Positions 36,042 through 45,235 of a DNA stretch of 64,000 nt are shown piece after piece. The number at the start of each line of letters is the position of its first letter. The stretch's first letter is position 1. Both the position numbers and the translations under genes were made by a program. The stretch spans positions 7,796 through 71,795 of the forward strand of contig JAGWOC010000006.1 in the NCBI GenBank assembly GCA_028872875.1. Reading direction: 5' to 3'. This stretch comes from Chloroflexota bacterium (lineage in GTDB: Bacteria > Chloroflexota > Dehalococcoidia > DSTF01 > JACRBR01). The notes beneath the pieces were generated by a model that saw nothing but the letters and a program-made list of their open reading frames with translations, made no database searches and was not told where the DNA came from.

Positions 36042-36842
36042 GTGCCTGATTACAGCGACTACCAGTATCTGACCGTCGAACGCCGGGACGGCGGCGTGGC
36101 GGTGCTGACGTTGAACCGCCCGGAGAAGCGCAACGCCATCAACAACGATATGCACTCCGAGCTCGAGCGAGTCTTCCTCCAGATCGGCGCCGACGAGCAG
36201 GTCCGCGCGCTCGTGTTGACGGGCGCCGGCACGGCGTTCTGCGCGGGCGGAGACGCCCGGTCGATGGAGGACGGGTCGTTCGTGCCATCCGGTCCGGCGA
36301 CGCCGTTCCGCGCGGTGCGCACGCTGCTCCACAACCTGCTGGAGATCGAACAGCCGGTCGTGGCCGCCGTCAACGGCGACGCCGCCGGTCTCGGCGCGAA
36401 CATCGCGCTGTACTGCGACGTGATCATCGCGTCGGAGACGGCGCGCTTCGCCGACACGCACACCCGCATGGGACTCGTCGCCGGGGATGGCGGCGTCATC
36501 ATCTGGCCGCTGCTCATCGGCTGGGCGAAGGCGAAGGAGTACCTGCTTACCGGCGACTGGATTACCGGCGCGCAGGGACAGCAGATGGGACTCGTCAACT
36601 ACGCCGTGCCTCAGGATCAGGTCATACCCACGGCGATGGAGTGGGCGCAGCGTCTGGCAGCGGGCGCGCCAAAGGCAATGCGCTGGACGAAGTACTCGAT
36701 GAACCGCATCCTTCGCGACCAGATCAACCTCGCGCTCGACGTCTCCACGTTCTTGGAGGCGGCCACGATGTACAGCGCCGACCTCAAGGAAGCCGCGTCG
36801 GCGTTCTTCGAGAAGCGTGCGCCCAAGTTCACGGGAGAGTAG
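36042..36842 (+). CDS. Enoyl-CoA hydratase/isomerase family protein
   Basis: LNRPEKRNA, AFCAGGD, AAVNGDAAGLG, GLVAGDGG. Confidence 0.92.
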   Translation: MPDYSDYQYLTVERRDGGVAVLTLNRPEKRNAINNDMHSELERVFLQIGADEQVRALVLTGAGTAFCAGGDARSMEDGSFVPSGPATPFRAVRTLLHNLLEIEQPVVAAVNGDAAGLGANIALYCDVIIASETARFADTHTRMGLVAGDGGVIIWPLLIGWAKAKEYLLTGDWITGAQGQQMGLVNYAVPQDQVIPTAMEWAQRLAAGAPKAMRWTKYSMNRILRDQINLALDVSTFLEAATMYSADLKEAASAFFEKRAPKFTGE

Positions 36843-36853
36843 GAGTCGCGACC

Positions 36854-37825
36854 ATGATCCGCACACCCATCACCGAACTGCTCGGCATCGAGCACCCGAT
36901 CATCCAGGCCGGCATGGGGAGCGTCGCCGGGTCCGAACTGGCGGCCGCCGTCTGCAACGCGGGCGGGCTCGGTGTGCTCGGCGCGGCGTTCTGGCCGCCC
37001 GACCAGCTCCGCAGCGAGATCCGCCGTGTCAAGTCGCTCACCGACAAGCCGTACGCCGTCGATCTGCTCGTCGCCGAGGGCGCGCCGGGGATGGAAGAGC
37101 TGTTGAAGGTGATCTTCGACGAGCAGGTTCCCGTGTTCATCTCCGGGCTCGGCAGCCCGGGCGCGGTCGTCAGCGAAATGCACCGCCGCGGCATGAAGGT
37201 GCTGGCGATGGTCGGGACGGTGCGCCACGCGCGGCGCTGCGTCGACGCCGGCGTCGACGCAGTCGTGGCGCAGGGCACGGAGGCGGGCGGCCACACCGGC
37301 CGCGTCGCGACGTTCCCGCTCGTGCCTGCGGTCGTGGACGCCGTGAGGCCGGTGCCGGTCGCCGCCGCGGGCGGCATCGCGGACGGGCGCGGTCTTGTGG
37401 CGGCGCTGGCGCTCGGTGCATCGGCCGCAGTCGTCGGCACGCGCTTCGTCGCCACGCGGGAGGCGCACGGACACGAAGCCTACAAGCAACGCATCGTCGC
37501 CGCGTCGGAGGAGGACACCGTGGTGACGAAGGTCTACACCGGCAAGAGCTGCCGGGTCATCCCGAACGGCTACATCGACGGATGGGCCGGGCGAGAAGGC
37601 GAAGTCGAGCGCTTCCCGGCGCAGCTTCTGAAGAATTGGGCGCACATGGAGGCCGCGATCGAAGGCGGCGACACCGATACGGGCATCATGCCAGCCGGCC
37701 AGATTTCTGGCGTCGTCCGGTCGGTCGAAAGCGCCGGCGACATCGTGCGCCGGATGATGGCGGAGGCCGAGGCGATCATCACCGGCCTCGCCAGCGCACG
37801 GCTGACCGCAGCGGGCAAAGGATAG
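36854..37825 (+). CDS. Nitronate monooxygenase / FabK-like FMN oxidoreductase
   Basis: PIIQAGMG, QGTEAGGHTG, AAGGIADGRG, GTRF, PAGQ. Confidence 0.9.
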   Translation: MIRTPITELLGIEHPIIQAGMGSVAGSELAAAVCNAGGLGVLGAAFWPPDQLRSEIRRVKSLTDKPYAVDLLVAEGAPGMEELLKVIFDEQVPVFISGLGSPGAVVSEMHRRGMKVLAMVGTVRHARRCVDAGVDAVVAQGTEAGGHTGRVATFPLVPAVVDAVRPVPVAAAGGIADGRGLVAALALGASAAVVGTRFVATREAHGHEAYKQRIVAASEEDTVVTKVYTGKSCRVIPNGYIDGWAGREGEVERFPAQLLKNWAHMEAAIEGGDTDTGIMPAGQISGVVRSVESAGDIVRRMMAEAEAIITGLASARLTAAGKG

Positions 37826-37831
37826 CGGCGC

Positions 37832-38614
37832 GTGGAGTCGAAGCACGTCCTGTTCGAACGGCGGGACCGCGTGGCGCTGATCACCGTCAACCGGCCCGAC
37901 CGGATGAACGCCATCGATCCGGCGACGAGCGCCGAGCTGTTGCGAGCCTTCGAGGCGTTCCGCGATGACGACGCATTGTGGGCAGCGGTGCTGACCGGCG
38001 CGGGCGACCGCGCGTTCTCCGCCGGCGCCGACCTGGTGGCCATGGCGGCAGCCAGCGCGCGCGGCGAAGCGCCCGACCTGCGCGTGCCGTTCGGCGGCAT
38101 CACCCGGAAGTTCGACTGCTGGAAGCCGATCGTCGCGGCGATCAACGGGCACTGCCTCGCCGGCGGACTGGAACTCGCGCTCTGCTGCGACATCCGCATC
38201 GCCGCCGGGCACGCGCAGTTCGGCCTGCCGGAGGTGACGCGCGCGATCATCCCAGGCGCCGGCGGCACGCAGCGGCTGCTTCGCGCCATCCCGTCCGCGG
38301 CAGCCATGCAACTGCTGCTCACGGGCGGCCGCTTCGACGCGCAGTGGGCGCTGCGCGTTGGTCTGGTGTCGGAAGTTGTCGCCGCGGACCGTCTCCTGCC
38401 GCGCGCGCTCGAGATCGCGGATGAGATCTGCCGCAACGGACCGCTCGCCGTGCGGGCGGCGAAGGAAGCCGCGCTGCGGGGCCGTGAGACGACGATTGAA
38501 GAGGGCCTGCGGATCGAAAACGAGAAGGGCCGCGAGGTGATCGCGACCGCGGACGCCCGCGAGGGCCCCAGGGCATTCGCCGAAAAGCGCGCGCCACGCT
38601 ACGAGGGCCGCTGA
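37832..38614 (+). CDS. Enoyl-CoA hydratase (crotonase, CaiD-like)
   Basis: AFSAGADL, GGLELALCCD, FGLPEV, PGAGGTQRL (both catalytic Glu present). Confidence 0.92.
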   Translation: MESKHVLFERRDRVALITVNRPDRMNAIDPATSAELLRAFEAFRDDDALWAAVLTGAGDRAFSAGADLVAMAAASARGEAPDLRVPFGGITRKFDCWKPIVAAINGHCLAGGLELALCCDIRIAAGHAQFGLPEVTRAIIPGAGGTQRLLRAIPSAAAMQLLLTGGRFDAQWALRVGLVSEVVAADRLLPRALEIADEICRNGPLAVRAAKEAALRGRETTIEEGLRIENEKGREVIATADAREGPRAFAEKRAPRYEGR

Positions 38615-38615
38615 G

Positions 38616-39662
38616 TTGGAGACGACGATGCTGGCCGCCCGCTTCTATGCGCCCGGCGAACCACTTCGCGTCGAGGAGGTGCCGATGCCGGCGGCCGGCC
38701 CCGGCCAGGTGCTCGTTCGCGTGACCGCGTGCGGCATCTGCGGGTCGGACGTTCACTTTGTCGAGGGGCGTGCGCTGGTCGCCGCGACGCCGATTACGCT
38801 CGGGCACGAGCCAGCCGGGGTCGTCGTCGAGACGGGTGCGGACGTGACTGACATCGCGCCCGGCCAGCGGGTCGTTGTCCGCCCGGGCGCGGGCTGCGGC
38901 CGCTGCCGCGCCTGCGCATCCGGGCGGGACAGCCTGTGCGAGCGCACGCGCGTGTTGGGCATGCACGTGGATGGCGGGCTCGCGGAGTACCTGGCTGCGG
39001 ACGCGTTGAGCCTTATTCCCGTGCCGGACGGTGTGCCGCTGGAACAAGCGGCGATCATCAGCGACGCAGTCGCGACGCCGTATCACGCACTCGTCGAACG
39101 AGGCGCGTTACAGGCCGGCGAGTCCGTGGCCGTCTTCGGCTGCGGCGGGTTGGGCACGCACGCCGTGCAACTGGCCCGGCTTGCGGGCGCGGCGACGGTG
39201 ATCGCCGTCGACGTGCGCGCGTCGGCGCTGGATCGGGCGCGCCGTGCCGGCGCCGACATCGCGATCGACCCGAACCAGGAGCGCCCGGCGCGCCGCATCC
39301 GCGAGCTTGTTGGAGGCGTTGACCTGGCGCTGGAGTGCGTCGGTCGCGCGGATACGATCGGCGAGGCGGTCAAGAGCCTTTGCCGCGGCGGGCGAGCGGT
39401 CGTCGTGGGCATGGGGCCGGACGCGATCCAGTTGCCGCCGCCCAACGTGTTCACCTGGAGTGAGCACGCGCTCATCGGCTCGTTCGGCAGCACTGCGGCC
39501 CACGTGCGGCGCCTGCTGGGCATGGCCGCGTCGGGCCGTCTCGATCTTTCGGCCTCGGTGACAGCGGTGCTCCCACTGAGCGACGTCAACGCCGGCCTCG
39601 ACATGCTGCGGGCGCCCGGCGGCGACGCGGGGCGAGTCGTCGTGCAGCCCGGGCGAGAGTAG
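38616..39662 (+). CDS. Zinc-binding alcohol dehydrogenase
   Basis: CGICGSD, GHE, CGRCRAC...C, FGCGGLG. Confidence 0.92.
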   Translation: METTMLAARFYAPGEPLRVEEVPMPAAGPGQVLVRVTACGICGSDVHFVEGRALVAATPITLGHEPAGVVVETGADVTDIAPGQRVVVRPGAGCGRCRACASGRDSLCERTRVLGMHVDGGLAEYLAADALSLIPVPDGVPLEQAAIISDAVATPYHALVERGALQAGESVAVFGCGGLGTHAVQLARLAGAATVIAVDVRASALDRARRAGADIAIDPNQERPARRIRELVGGVDLALECVGRADTIGEAVKSLCRGGRAVVVGMGPDAIQLPPPNVFTWSEHALIGSFGSTAAHVRRLLGMAASGRLDLSASVTAVLPLSDVNAGLDMLRAPGGDAGRVVVQPGRE

Positions 39663-39671
39663 GGGACGCCT

Positions 39672-40529
39672 ATGCGGAAGTACGAGCTGACCCCGCCGTC
39701 ACGCCACATCGGACACTACGTGGAGAGCGGCGACTGGAGCGACTACTGGCGCACAGCTATCAGCCTCGCGCGCGACGGCCGCATCCTGGTCCGCGGCTAT
39801 CCGGTCGAGGAGATCATCGAACGCCTGACATCGACGGAAGCCCACTGGCTGCTGCTCAAAGGGGAACTGCCGACGGTGCGGGAGGCCGCGATCTTCGATG
39901 CGTGCCTCCGCTCCGGCATGGACCAGCAGTTCATCAGCTCGGCGGCCGCCGCGACCCGCTTCGCGGCGTCCGCATCGCAATCGCCCGTGAGCGCCGTCGC
40001 TGCCGGCATGCTGGCGACCGGAACCGTGACCGGATCGCCGCGTCCCGCCATGGAGCTGTTGTACGCGGCGGCGGCGAGGATGGCCGAGCAGGACCTCGCG
40101 CGTGAGGAGGCGGCACTCGCGATCGTCGCGGAGTACCGGGCGCGCCGCGAACTCGTACCAGGCTTCGGCCACCCACTGCATCGTGCCGGCGACGAGCCGC
40201 GCGCCGCCGCGCTGCGCCGCGTCGTCGAGCGCACCGGCGGATGGGGCGAGCACGGCCTGCTGCTCGACGCGATCCACGCGGCCCTCGAGGAGGCGCTGTC
40301 CCGCCCCCTGACCATCAACCTGGCAGGCATGCTTGCCGCGGTGTACAGCGACCTGGACTTCGACCCGCTGATGGCGGAAGGCATCTCGGCTATCGAATAC
40401 GGATGGGCGCTCGTCGCGCACGCCGTCGAGGAAATCCGCGATGGTGTGCCATTGCGGATCATCCCGGACGCGCTCGGCGCGGAGTACACGGGTCCACCGG
40501 AGCGGCACATTCCTGATCGAAACGGCTGA
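39672..40529 (+). CDS. Citryl-CoA lyase / citrate synthase-like protein
   Basis: WRTAIS...ILVRGYPVEE, LLKGELPT, PGFGHPLH, YTGP. Confidence 0.8.
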   Translation: MRKYELTPPSRHIGHYVESGDWSDYWRTAISLARDGRILVRGYPVEEIIERLTSTEAHWLLLKGELPTVREAAIFDACLRSGMDQQFISSAAAATRFAASASQSPVSAVAAGMLATGTVTGSPRPAMELLYAAAARMAEQDLAREEAALAIVAEYRARRELVPGFGHPLHRAGDEPRAAALRRVVERTGGWGEHGLLLDAIHAALEEALSRPLTINLAGMLAAVYSDLDFDPLMAEGISAIEYGWALVAHAVEEIRDGVPLRIIPDALGAEYTGPPERHIPDRNG

Positions 40530-40556
40530 GACGCGCGAGCGAAAGGATCGAGCAAC

Positions 40557-41342
40557 ATGAGCTTCAAGAACATCCTCCTGGAAGAGAATCAGTCAATAAG
40601 GACCATCACGTTGAACCGGCCCGAACGCATGAACGCCATCAGCACGGACACCGTGCCCGAGCTGATCGAAGCGCTCCGCATCGTCGCAGCCGATGAGGAG
40701 GCGCGCGTGCTCGTCATCACTGGCGCGGGCGACCGCGCCTTCTCGGCAGGCGCCGACGTGTCCGACATGGTGCGCCGCACGGCACCTGAGGCCGCCGCGA
40801 TCGTTCGCCTGTATCTGGACTACATCCGGGCGATCCGCGAGTTGCCCATTCCCGTCATCGCGAAGGTGAACGGCGTCGCCGCCGGCGGCGGCTGCTGCAC
40901 CGCGCTCGCGAGCGATATCCGCATCGCGTCGGACCGCGCTCGCTTCGGCTTCGTATTCGTGCGCGTGGGGCTCACCGGGGCGGATATGGGCGCCACGTAC
41001 TTCCTGCCGCGACTCGTCGGCTTCGGCCGGGCGACCGAGCTGCTCCTGAACGGCGACGTGATAGACGCGCAGGAGGCGTATCGCATCGGCCTCGCGAACC
41101 GCGTTGTACCGCACGAGGACCTCGATCGTGTCGTCGACGAGTACGCGAGCCGGCTCGCGGCCGGGCCGCCCCTGGCCCTGAAGCTGACGAAGTCCGCGCT
41201 GAACGCCAGCCTCGACCGTGACATGGCGGCCGAGTTCGACTTCGAGACGTACGCACAGACGCTCTGCATCATCTCGGAAGACCATCTGGAGGGCGCGCAG
41301 GCGTTTCGCGAGAAGCGCGCGCCGGCGTTCGTAGGGCGCTGA
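40557..41342 (+). CDS. Enoyl-CoA hydratase/isomerase family protein
   Basis: LNRPERMNA, AFSAGAD, VNGVAAGGG, FVRVGLTGADMGATYFLPR. Confidence 0.92.
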   Translation: MSFKNILLEENQSIRTITLNRPERMNAISTDTVPELIEALRIVAADEEARVLVITGAGDRAFSAGADVSDMVRRTAPEAAAIVRLYLDYIRAIRELPIPVIAKVNGVAAGGGCCTALASDIRIASDRARFGFVFVRVGLTGADMGATYFLPRLVGFGRATELLLNGDVIDAQEAYRIGLANRVVPHEDLDRVVDEYASRLAAGPPLALKLTKSALNASLDRDMAAEFDFETYAQTLCIISEDHLEGAQAFREKRAPAFVGR

Positions 41343-41352
41343 CGGAGGTGCG

Positions 41353-42495
41353 ATGATCGACTTTTCTCTCACGGAGGAGCAGGAGCTGTTCCGCAAGGCC
41401 ATCAGGACTTTCGCCGAGCAGGAAGTCGCCCCGATCGCCCGCGAGTACGACGAGCGAGAGGAATACCCGGTGCACGTCCTCAAGAAACTCGGCGAACTCG
41501 GATACCTCGGCGCCTCACTCCCGGCCGATGCGGGCGGCGGAGGCGGCGGCATGATCGCCGCCGCGATCATGTCCGAGGAGATGGGGTACGTTTCCGCTGG
41601 CATCTATCTGGGCGTGTACGTCCACGTGTTCCTGGCGCTCAACGCCATCGCACGCTTCGGTAGCGATGCGCAGCGACAGCGCTACCTTGAGCCAGGCATC
41701 CGCGGGGAAACGATCGGCGCCTGGGGATTCGCCGAGCCCGACGCCGGGTCCGACCCAGGGTCGATGACGACGCGCGCCGTCCGGGATGGCGACGACTACG
41801 TGATCAACGGCACCAAGATGTACATCACCAACGGTTCGATCGCCGACTTCGTCGTCGCGACGGCCGTGACGGACCCGAAGCTCGGCATGAAGGGACTGAG
41901 CCTCTTCGTCGTCGACACGGACACGCCGGGGTTCTCCGTCGCGCGAAAGCTGAAGAAGCTGGGCGTGCGGGCCTCGGACACCGCGGAACTCGCCTTTCAG
42001 GACTGTCGCGTGAGCAAGAAGGCGCTCCTGGGCGAGGAGAACGTGGGCTTCGCCAACGCCATGAAGACCCTGACTGCCGGCCGCATCGTCTCGGCCGCCT
42101 TCGCGCTCGGCACGGCGCGCGCCGCGTTCGATCAGTCCCTCGCGCACGTGAAGGGGCGGCACGCCTTCGGTCGGCCGGTCGGGCAGTTCCAGGGGATCCA
42201 GTGGCAGCTTGCGGACATGGCGCTGGAGATCGAGGCGGCGAGGCTGCTGATGCTCAAGGCGGCGTGGCTCTCTGATCGCGGCCTGCCGCACATCAAGGAA
42301 GCGTCGATGGCAAAACTGTACGCCACCGAGATGTGCGCGCGGATCACCGGTCAGGCCGTACTGCTCCACGGCGGCTCGGGCTACATGATGGACTCCGACA
42401 TCCAGCGCTTCTACCGTGACGTCAAAGTCATGGAGATCGGCGAAGGGACGTCGCACATTCAGCGAAACACCATAGCGCGGCAGCTGGGGGTCTAG
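41353..42495 (+). CDS. Acyl-CoA dehydrogenase
   Basis: EPDAGSD, INGTKMYITNG, KLGVRASDT, FQGIQ, HGGSGY, IGEGTS. Confidence 0.95.
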   Translation: MIDFSLTEEQELFRKAIRTFAEQEVAPIAREYDEREEYPVHVLKKLGELGYLGASLPADAGGGGGGMIAAAIMSEEMGYVSAGIYLGVYVHVFLALNAIARFGSDAQRQRYLEPGIRGETIGAWGFAEPDAGSDPGSMTTRAVRDGDDYVINGTKMYITNGSIADFVVATAVTDPKLGMKGLSLFVVDTDTPGFSVARKLKKLGVRASDTAELAFQDCRVSKKALLGEENVGFANAMKTLTAGRIVSAAFALGTARAAFDQSLAHVKGRHAFGRPVGQFQGIQWQLADMALEIEAARLLMLKAAWLSDRGLPHIKEASMAKLYATEMCARITGQAVLLHGGSGYMMDSDIQRFYRDVKVMEIGEGTSHIQRNTIARQLGV

Positions 42496-42526
42496 CCCTC
42501 GCAGCATACGAAAGGAGAGCGACCCG

Positions 42527-43186
42527 GTGGCGTACCAACTGGCGAACCTGGAGCGCGACGGCAAGGTCGCGATCCTCACGCTCAACCGTCCGGAGAAGCG
42601 CAATGCGTTGAACACCGCGCTGCGCGACGAGATTCGGGCCGCCCTGGAAGAGCTGGAGGCGGACGACGCCATCAGCATCGCCGTCATCACGGGAGCCGGG
42701 CCGGTATTCTGCGCCGGATTCGACACCAGCGAGTTCGCGACGGTGTCGCCGGCCGAGGTCTTCGCCGGCGAGTCGTCGCGCCGCTATCATCACCGGCTGC
42801 AGCACTTCGACAAGCCGCTGGTCGCCGCCGTCAACGGCCCGGCCATGGGCGGCGGCTTCGACATCGCCACGCTGTGCGACATCCGCATCGCCGCCGAAGG
42901 CGCGGCGTTCGGGCACCCGGAGATCAAGTTCGGCGCGCCCACGCTGTTCGGGCCGCTGGCCGCGATCATCGGGGGCGGCATCGCCCGCGACCTGTGTTTG
43001 AGCGGCCGCCGCGTCGAGGCGCAAGAGGCGTGGCGCATCGGCCTCGTCAGCAAGGTCGTGCCCACGGAGCATCTGCTCGATGAGGCGAAGACCGTCGCCC
43101 GCACGATCGCCGAGGCGCCCGCGGCCACGCTGCGGAGCGTGAAGACGAACATCCTCGAAGCGACGCCCTGGAAGTTCGGCGAGTGA
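42527..43186 (+). CDS. Enoyl-CoA hydratase/isomerase family protein (short)
   Basis: LNRPEKRNAL, FCAGFD, AVNGPAMGGG, FGHPEIKFG. Confidence 0.9.
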   Translation: MAYQLANLERDGKVAILTLNRPEKRNALNTALRDEIRAALEELEADDAISIAVITGAGPVFCAGFDTSEFATVSPAEVFAGESSRRYHHRLQHFDKPLVAAVNGPAMGGGFDIATLCDIRIAAEGAAFGHPEIKFGAPTLFGPLAAIIGGGIARDLCLSGRRVEAQEAWRIGLVSKVVPTEHLLDEAKTVARTIAEAPAATLRSVKTNILEATPWKFGE

Positions 43187-44367
43187 GCGGCCCGCTCGAT
43201 GGCATCCGGGTCTGCGACCTCACCATCGCGCAGTTCGGCGCACATGCCACCATGATGCTCGCCGACATGGGCGCCGACGTCGTCAAGATCGAGTCGCCGC
43301 GCGGCGGGGATCCCGGGCGCGGCATCGCGCTCCAGCCGGATGGAACATCCGCGTTCTTCCTCGCACACAACCGCAACAAGCGGAGCGTTGCGGTGAACCT
43401 GCGACGTCCGGCAGGCAAGGAGATCGCCCGGCGGCTCGCGGCGCGGTCTGACATCTTCGTGCAGAGCTGGAAGCCCGGCGTGATCGAGCGATTGGAGCTC
43501 GACTACGACAACATCAGGCGTGTGAAGCCGGACATCATCTACGCATCGGCAAGCGGCTTCGGTCCGCGCGGTCCGCGCGCGCACTTGGCGGCCATGGACA
43601 TGGTCGCCCAGGCAGTCGGTGGGCTCGCGCTTGCGAACACGCCGCCCGGGTCGGACGAGCCGTCACCCGTCGGACCCACCATCGCGGACCAGACCGGCTC
43701 TCTCCTGCTGGCGTACGGCATCGTCCTGGCGTTGTTGCACCGCCTGCGCACGGGCGAGGGACAGCAGGTCGATGTCTCGCTGCTCGGCGCGCAGATGACG
43801 CTCCAGGCGTGGAACATCGCCAACTTCTTCCTCAGCGGCGAGCAGACGCGCGGGGGACGCAGGGACGCGATCTCACCACTGTTCACGTTTTATCGTGCCA
43901 GCGACGGTTGGTTCGCCATCGCCATCATCGACGAGCGGCAGTGGCCGAAGCTGTGCCAGATCGTCGGGCGGCCCGAGCTCGCGACCGACACGCGTTTCGA
44001 TGGACGAGACGGGCGGGAGCGGCACAAGGGCGAGCTCATGGCCGAGCTGGATGCCGCGTTCGGCAGGCGGCCGCGAGACGCATGGCTCCGTGCCTTCGAG
44101 GCCGCCGATATCCCTTCTGGTCCCGTCAATGCATACGGCGACCTCGCCGCCGATCCGCAGGTGATCGCGAACGGCTATCTGGTCGAAACAATCGCCGGGA
44201 CGCGCTCGACGCGTCTCGTCGGCCCCGCCGTCGAGCTCAGCGCGAGCCCCGCCAGCATCCGCCCGAAAGCTCCAGAACTGGGTCAGCACACCGAGGAGGT
44301 GCTCCTGAATCTCGGGTACGAATGGGACGAGATCTCCGCGCTCCGCGAAGAGCGCGTCATCCTTTGA
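43183..44367 (+). CDS. CaiB/BaiF family III CoA-transferase
   Basis: PLDGIRVCDL, LADMGADVVKIE, NRNKRS, GEGQQVDVSL, APELGQHT. Confidence 0.93.
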   Translation: MSGPLDGIRVCDLTIAQFGAHATMMLADMGADVVKIESPRGGDPGRGIALQPDGTSAFFLAHNRNKRSVAVNLRRPAGKEIARRLAARSDIFVQSWKPGVIERLELDYDNIRRVKPDIIYASASGFGPRGPRAHLAAMDMVAQAVGGLALANTPPGSDEPSPVGPTIADQTGSLLLAYGIVLALLHRLRTGEGQQVDVSLLGAQMTLQAWNIANFFLSGEQTRGGRRDAISPLFTFYRASDGWFAIAIIDERQWPKLCQIVGRPELATDTRFDGRDGRERHKGELMAELDAAFGRRPRDAWLRAFEAADIPSGPVNAYGDLAADPQVIANGYLVETIAGTRSTRLVGPAVELSASPASIRPKAPELGQHTEEVLLNLGYEWDEISALREERVIL

Positions 44368-44405
44368 ATGGCATCGCAAGTTGTGAGAAGCAGGGAGGAA
44401 CACCG

Positions 44406-44789
44406 ATGACCACAGCCAACGAAGCGACGATCCGCGAGTTCTGCGCCGCGTTCGCCCGGCGCGACGTGGATGAGCTGCTGACGTTCTTCACCGACGACGC
44501 CGTCTATCACAACATGCCGATGCGCCCGGTGCAGGGCGAGGCGGCGATCCGCGGCGTGCTCGAGATGTTCCTCAAGCCGGCGCAATCGGTGGAGTTCGCG
44601 GTGCTCACGATTGGCTCGGCTGGCGACACCGTCTTCACTGAGCGCCTCGACACCTTCCTGATGGGCGACCGCCGAGTGGAACTGCCGATCGCAGGCGTAT
44701 TCGACTTGCGCGGCGGCAAGATCGCGGCATGGCGCGACTACTTCGACCTGGCCACCTGGACGAAACAGGCGAGCCCTCCGGCGGGCTAA
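44406..44789 (+). CDS. Limonene-1,2-epoxide hydrolase family protein (NTF2/SnoaL fold)
   Basis: DAVYHNMP, VFTERLD, GKIAAWRDYFD motifs. Confidence 0.85.
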   Translation: MTTANEATIREFCAAFARRDVDELLTFFTDDAVYHNMPMRPVQGEAAIRGVLEMFLKPAQSVEFAVLTIGSAGDTVFTERLDTFLMGDRRVELPIAGVFDLRGGKIAAWRDYFDLATWTKQASPPAG

Positions 44790-44799
44790 GGAGGAGGCG

Positions 44800-45102
44800 A
44801 TGGAGCAAGGAGCGATTCGTGTTCCCGTCAATGCGCCCGGCGGCGTACTCGGGGTGACTCCGGCGACGAGCTGCTGACGGAGGCGATGGCGTTCGCGCGG
44901 CGGCTCGCCGAGGGGCCGGCGGTGGCGATGCAGCTCGCGCAGCGGCTCGTCTACCGCGGCGCCGAGGGGACGGGCTGGCTGGAGGCGCTGGAACAGGCGA
45001 ACACGGCGATGGCGATCGTCCAGTCGACGGAGGACGCGCGGGAGGGCCCGCGAGCGTTCGCGGAGAGCCGGGCGCCTAAGTTCACCGGGCGGTAGCGCGG
45101 CG
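44800..45102 (+). pseudogene. Truncated operon gene start fused out of frame to the 3' third of an enoyl-CoA hydratase gene
   Basis: Strong RBS AAGGAGGAGG + ATG 44800 stops after 25 codons; 44853-45102 is an inverted copy of 52988-53238. Confidence 0.8.
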
Positions 45103-45235
45103 TTTCGGCCATCGGCGCCGTCGCGGGCGCTGGAGGGTGGAGGCGCAGGGCCGGTGGAGTTGGCGCCCCGCCGTGGCCGCGGCGGGGCCGTTGGCCCCTT
45201 GACCCACGGGCGGGCGGCGATCAGGCTAGACACGC

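Noticed and set aside
39672-40529. Citryl-CoA lyase as an rTCA carbon-fixation marker supporting autotrophic nitrite oxidation
   Set aside because: Sits inside a catabolic CoA operon; no citryl-CoA synthetase or other rTCA genes in the window
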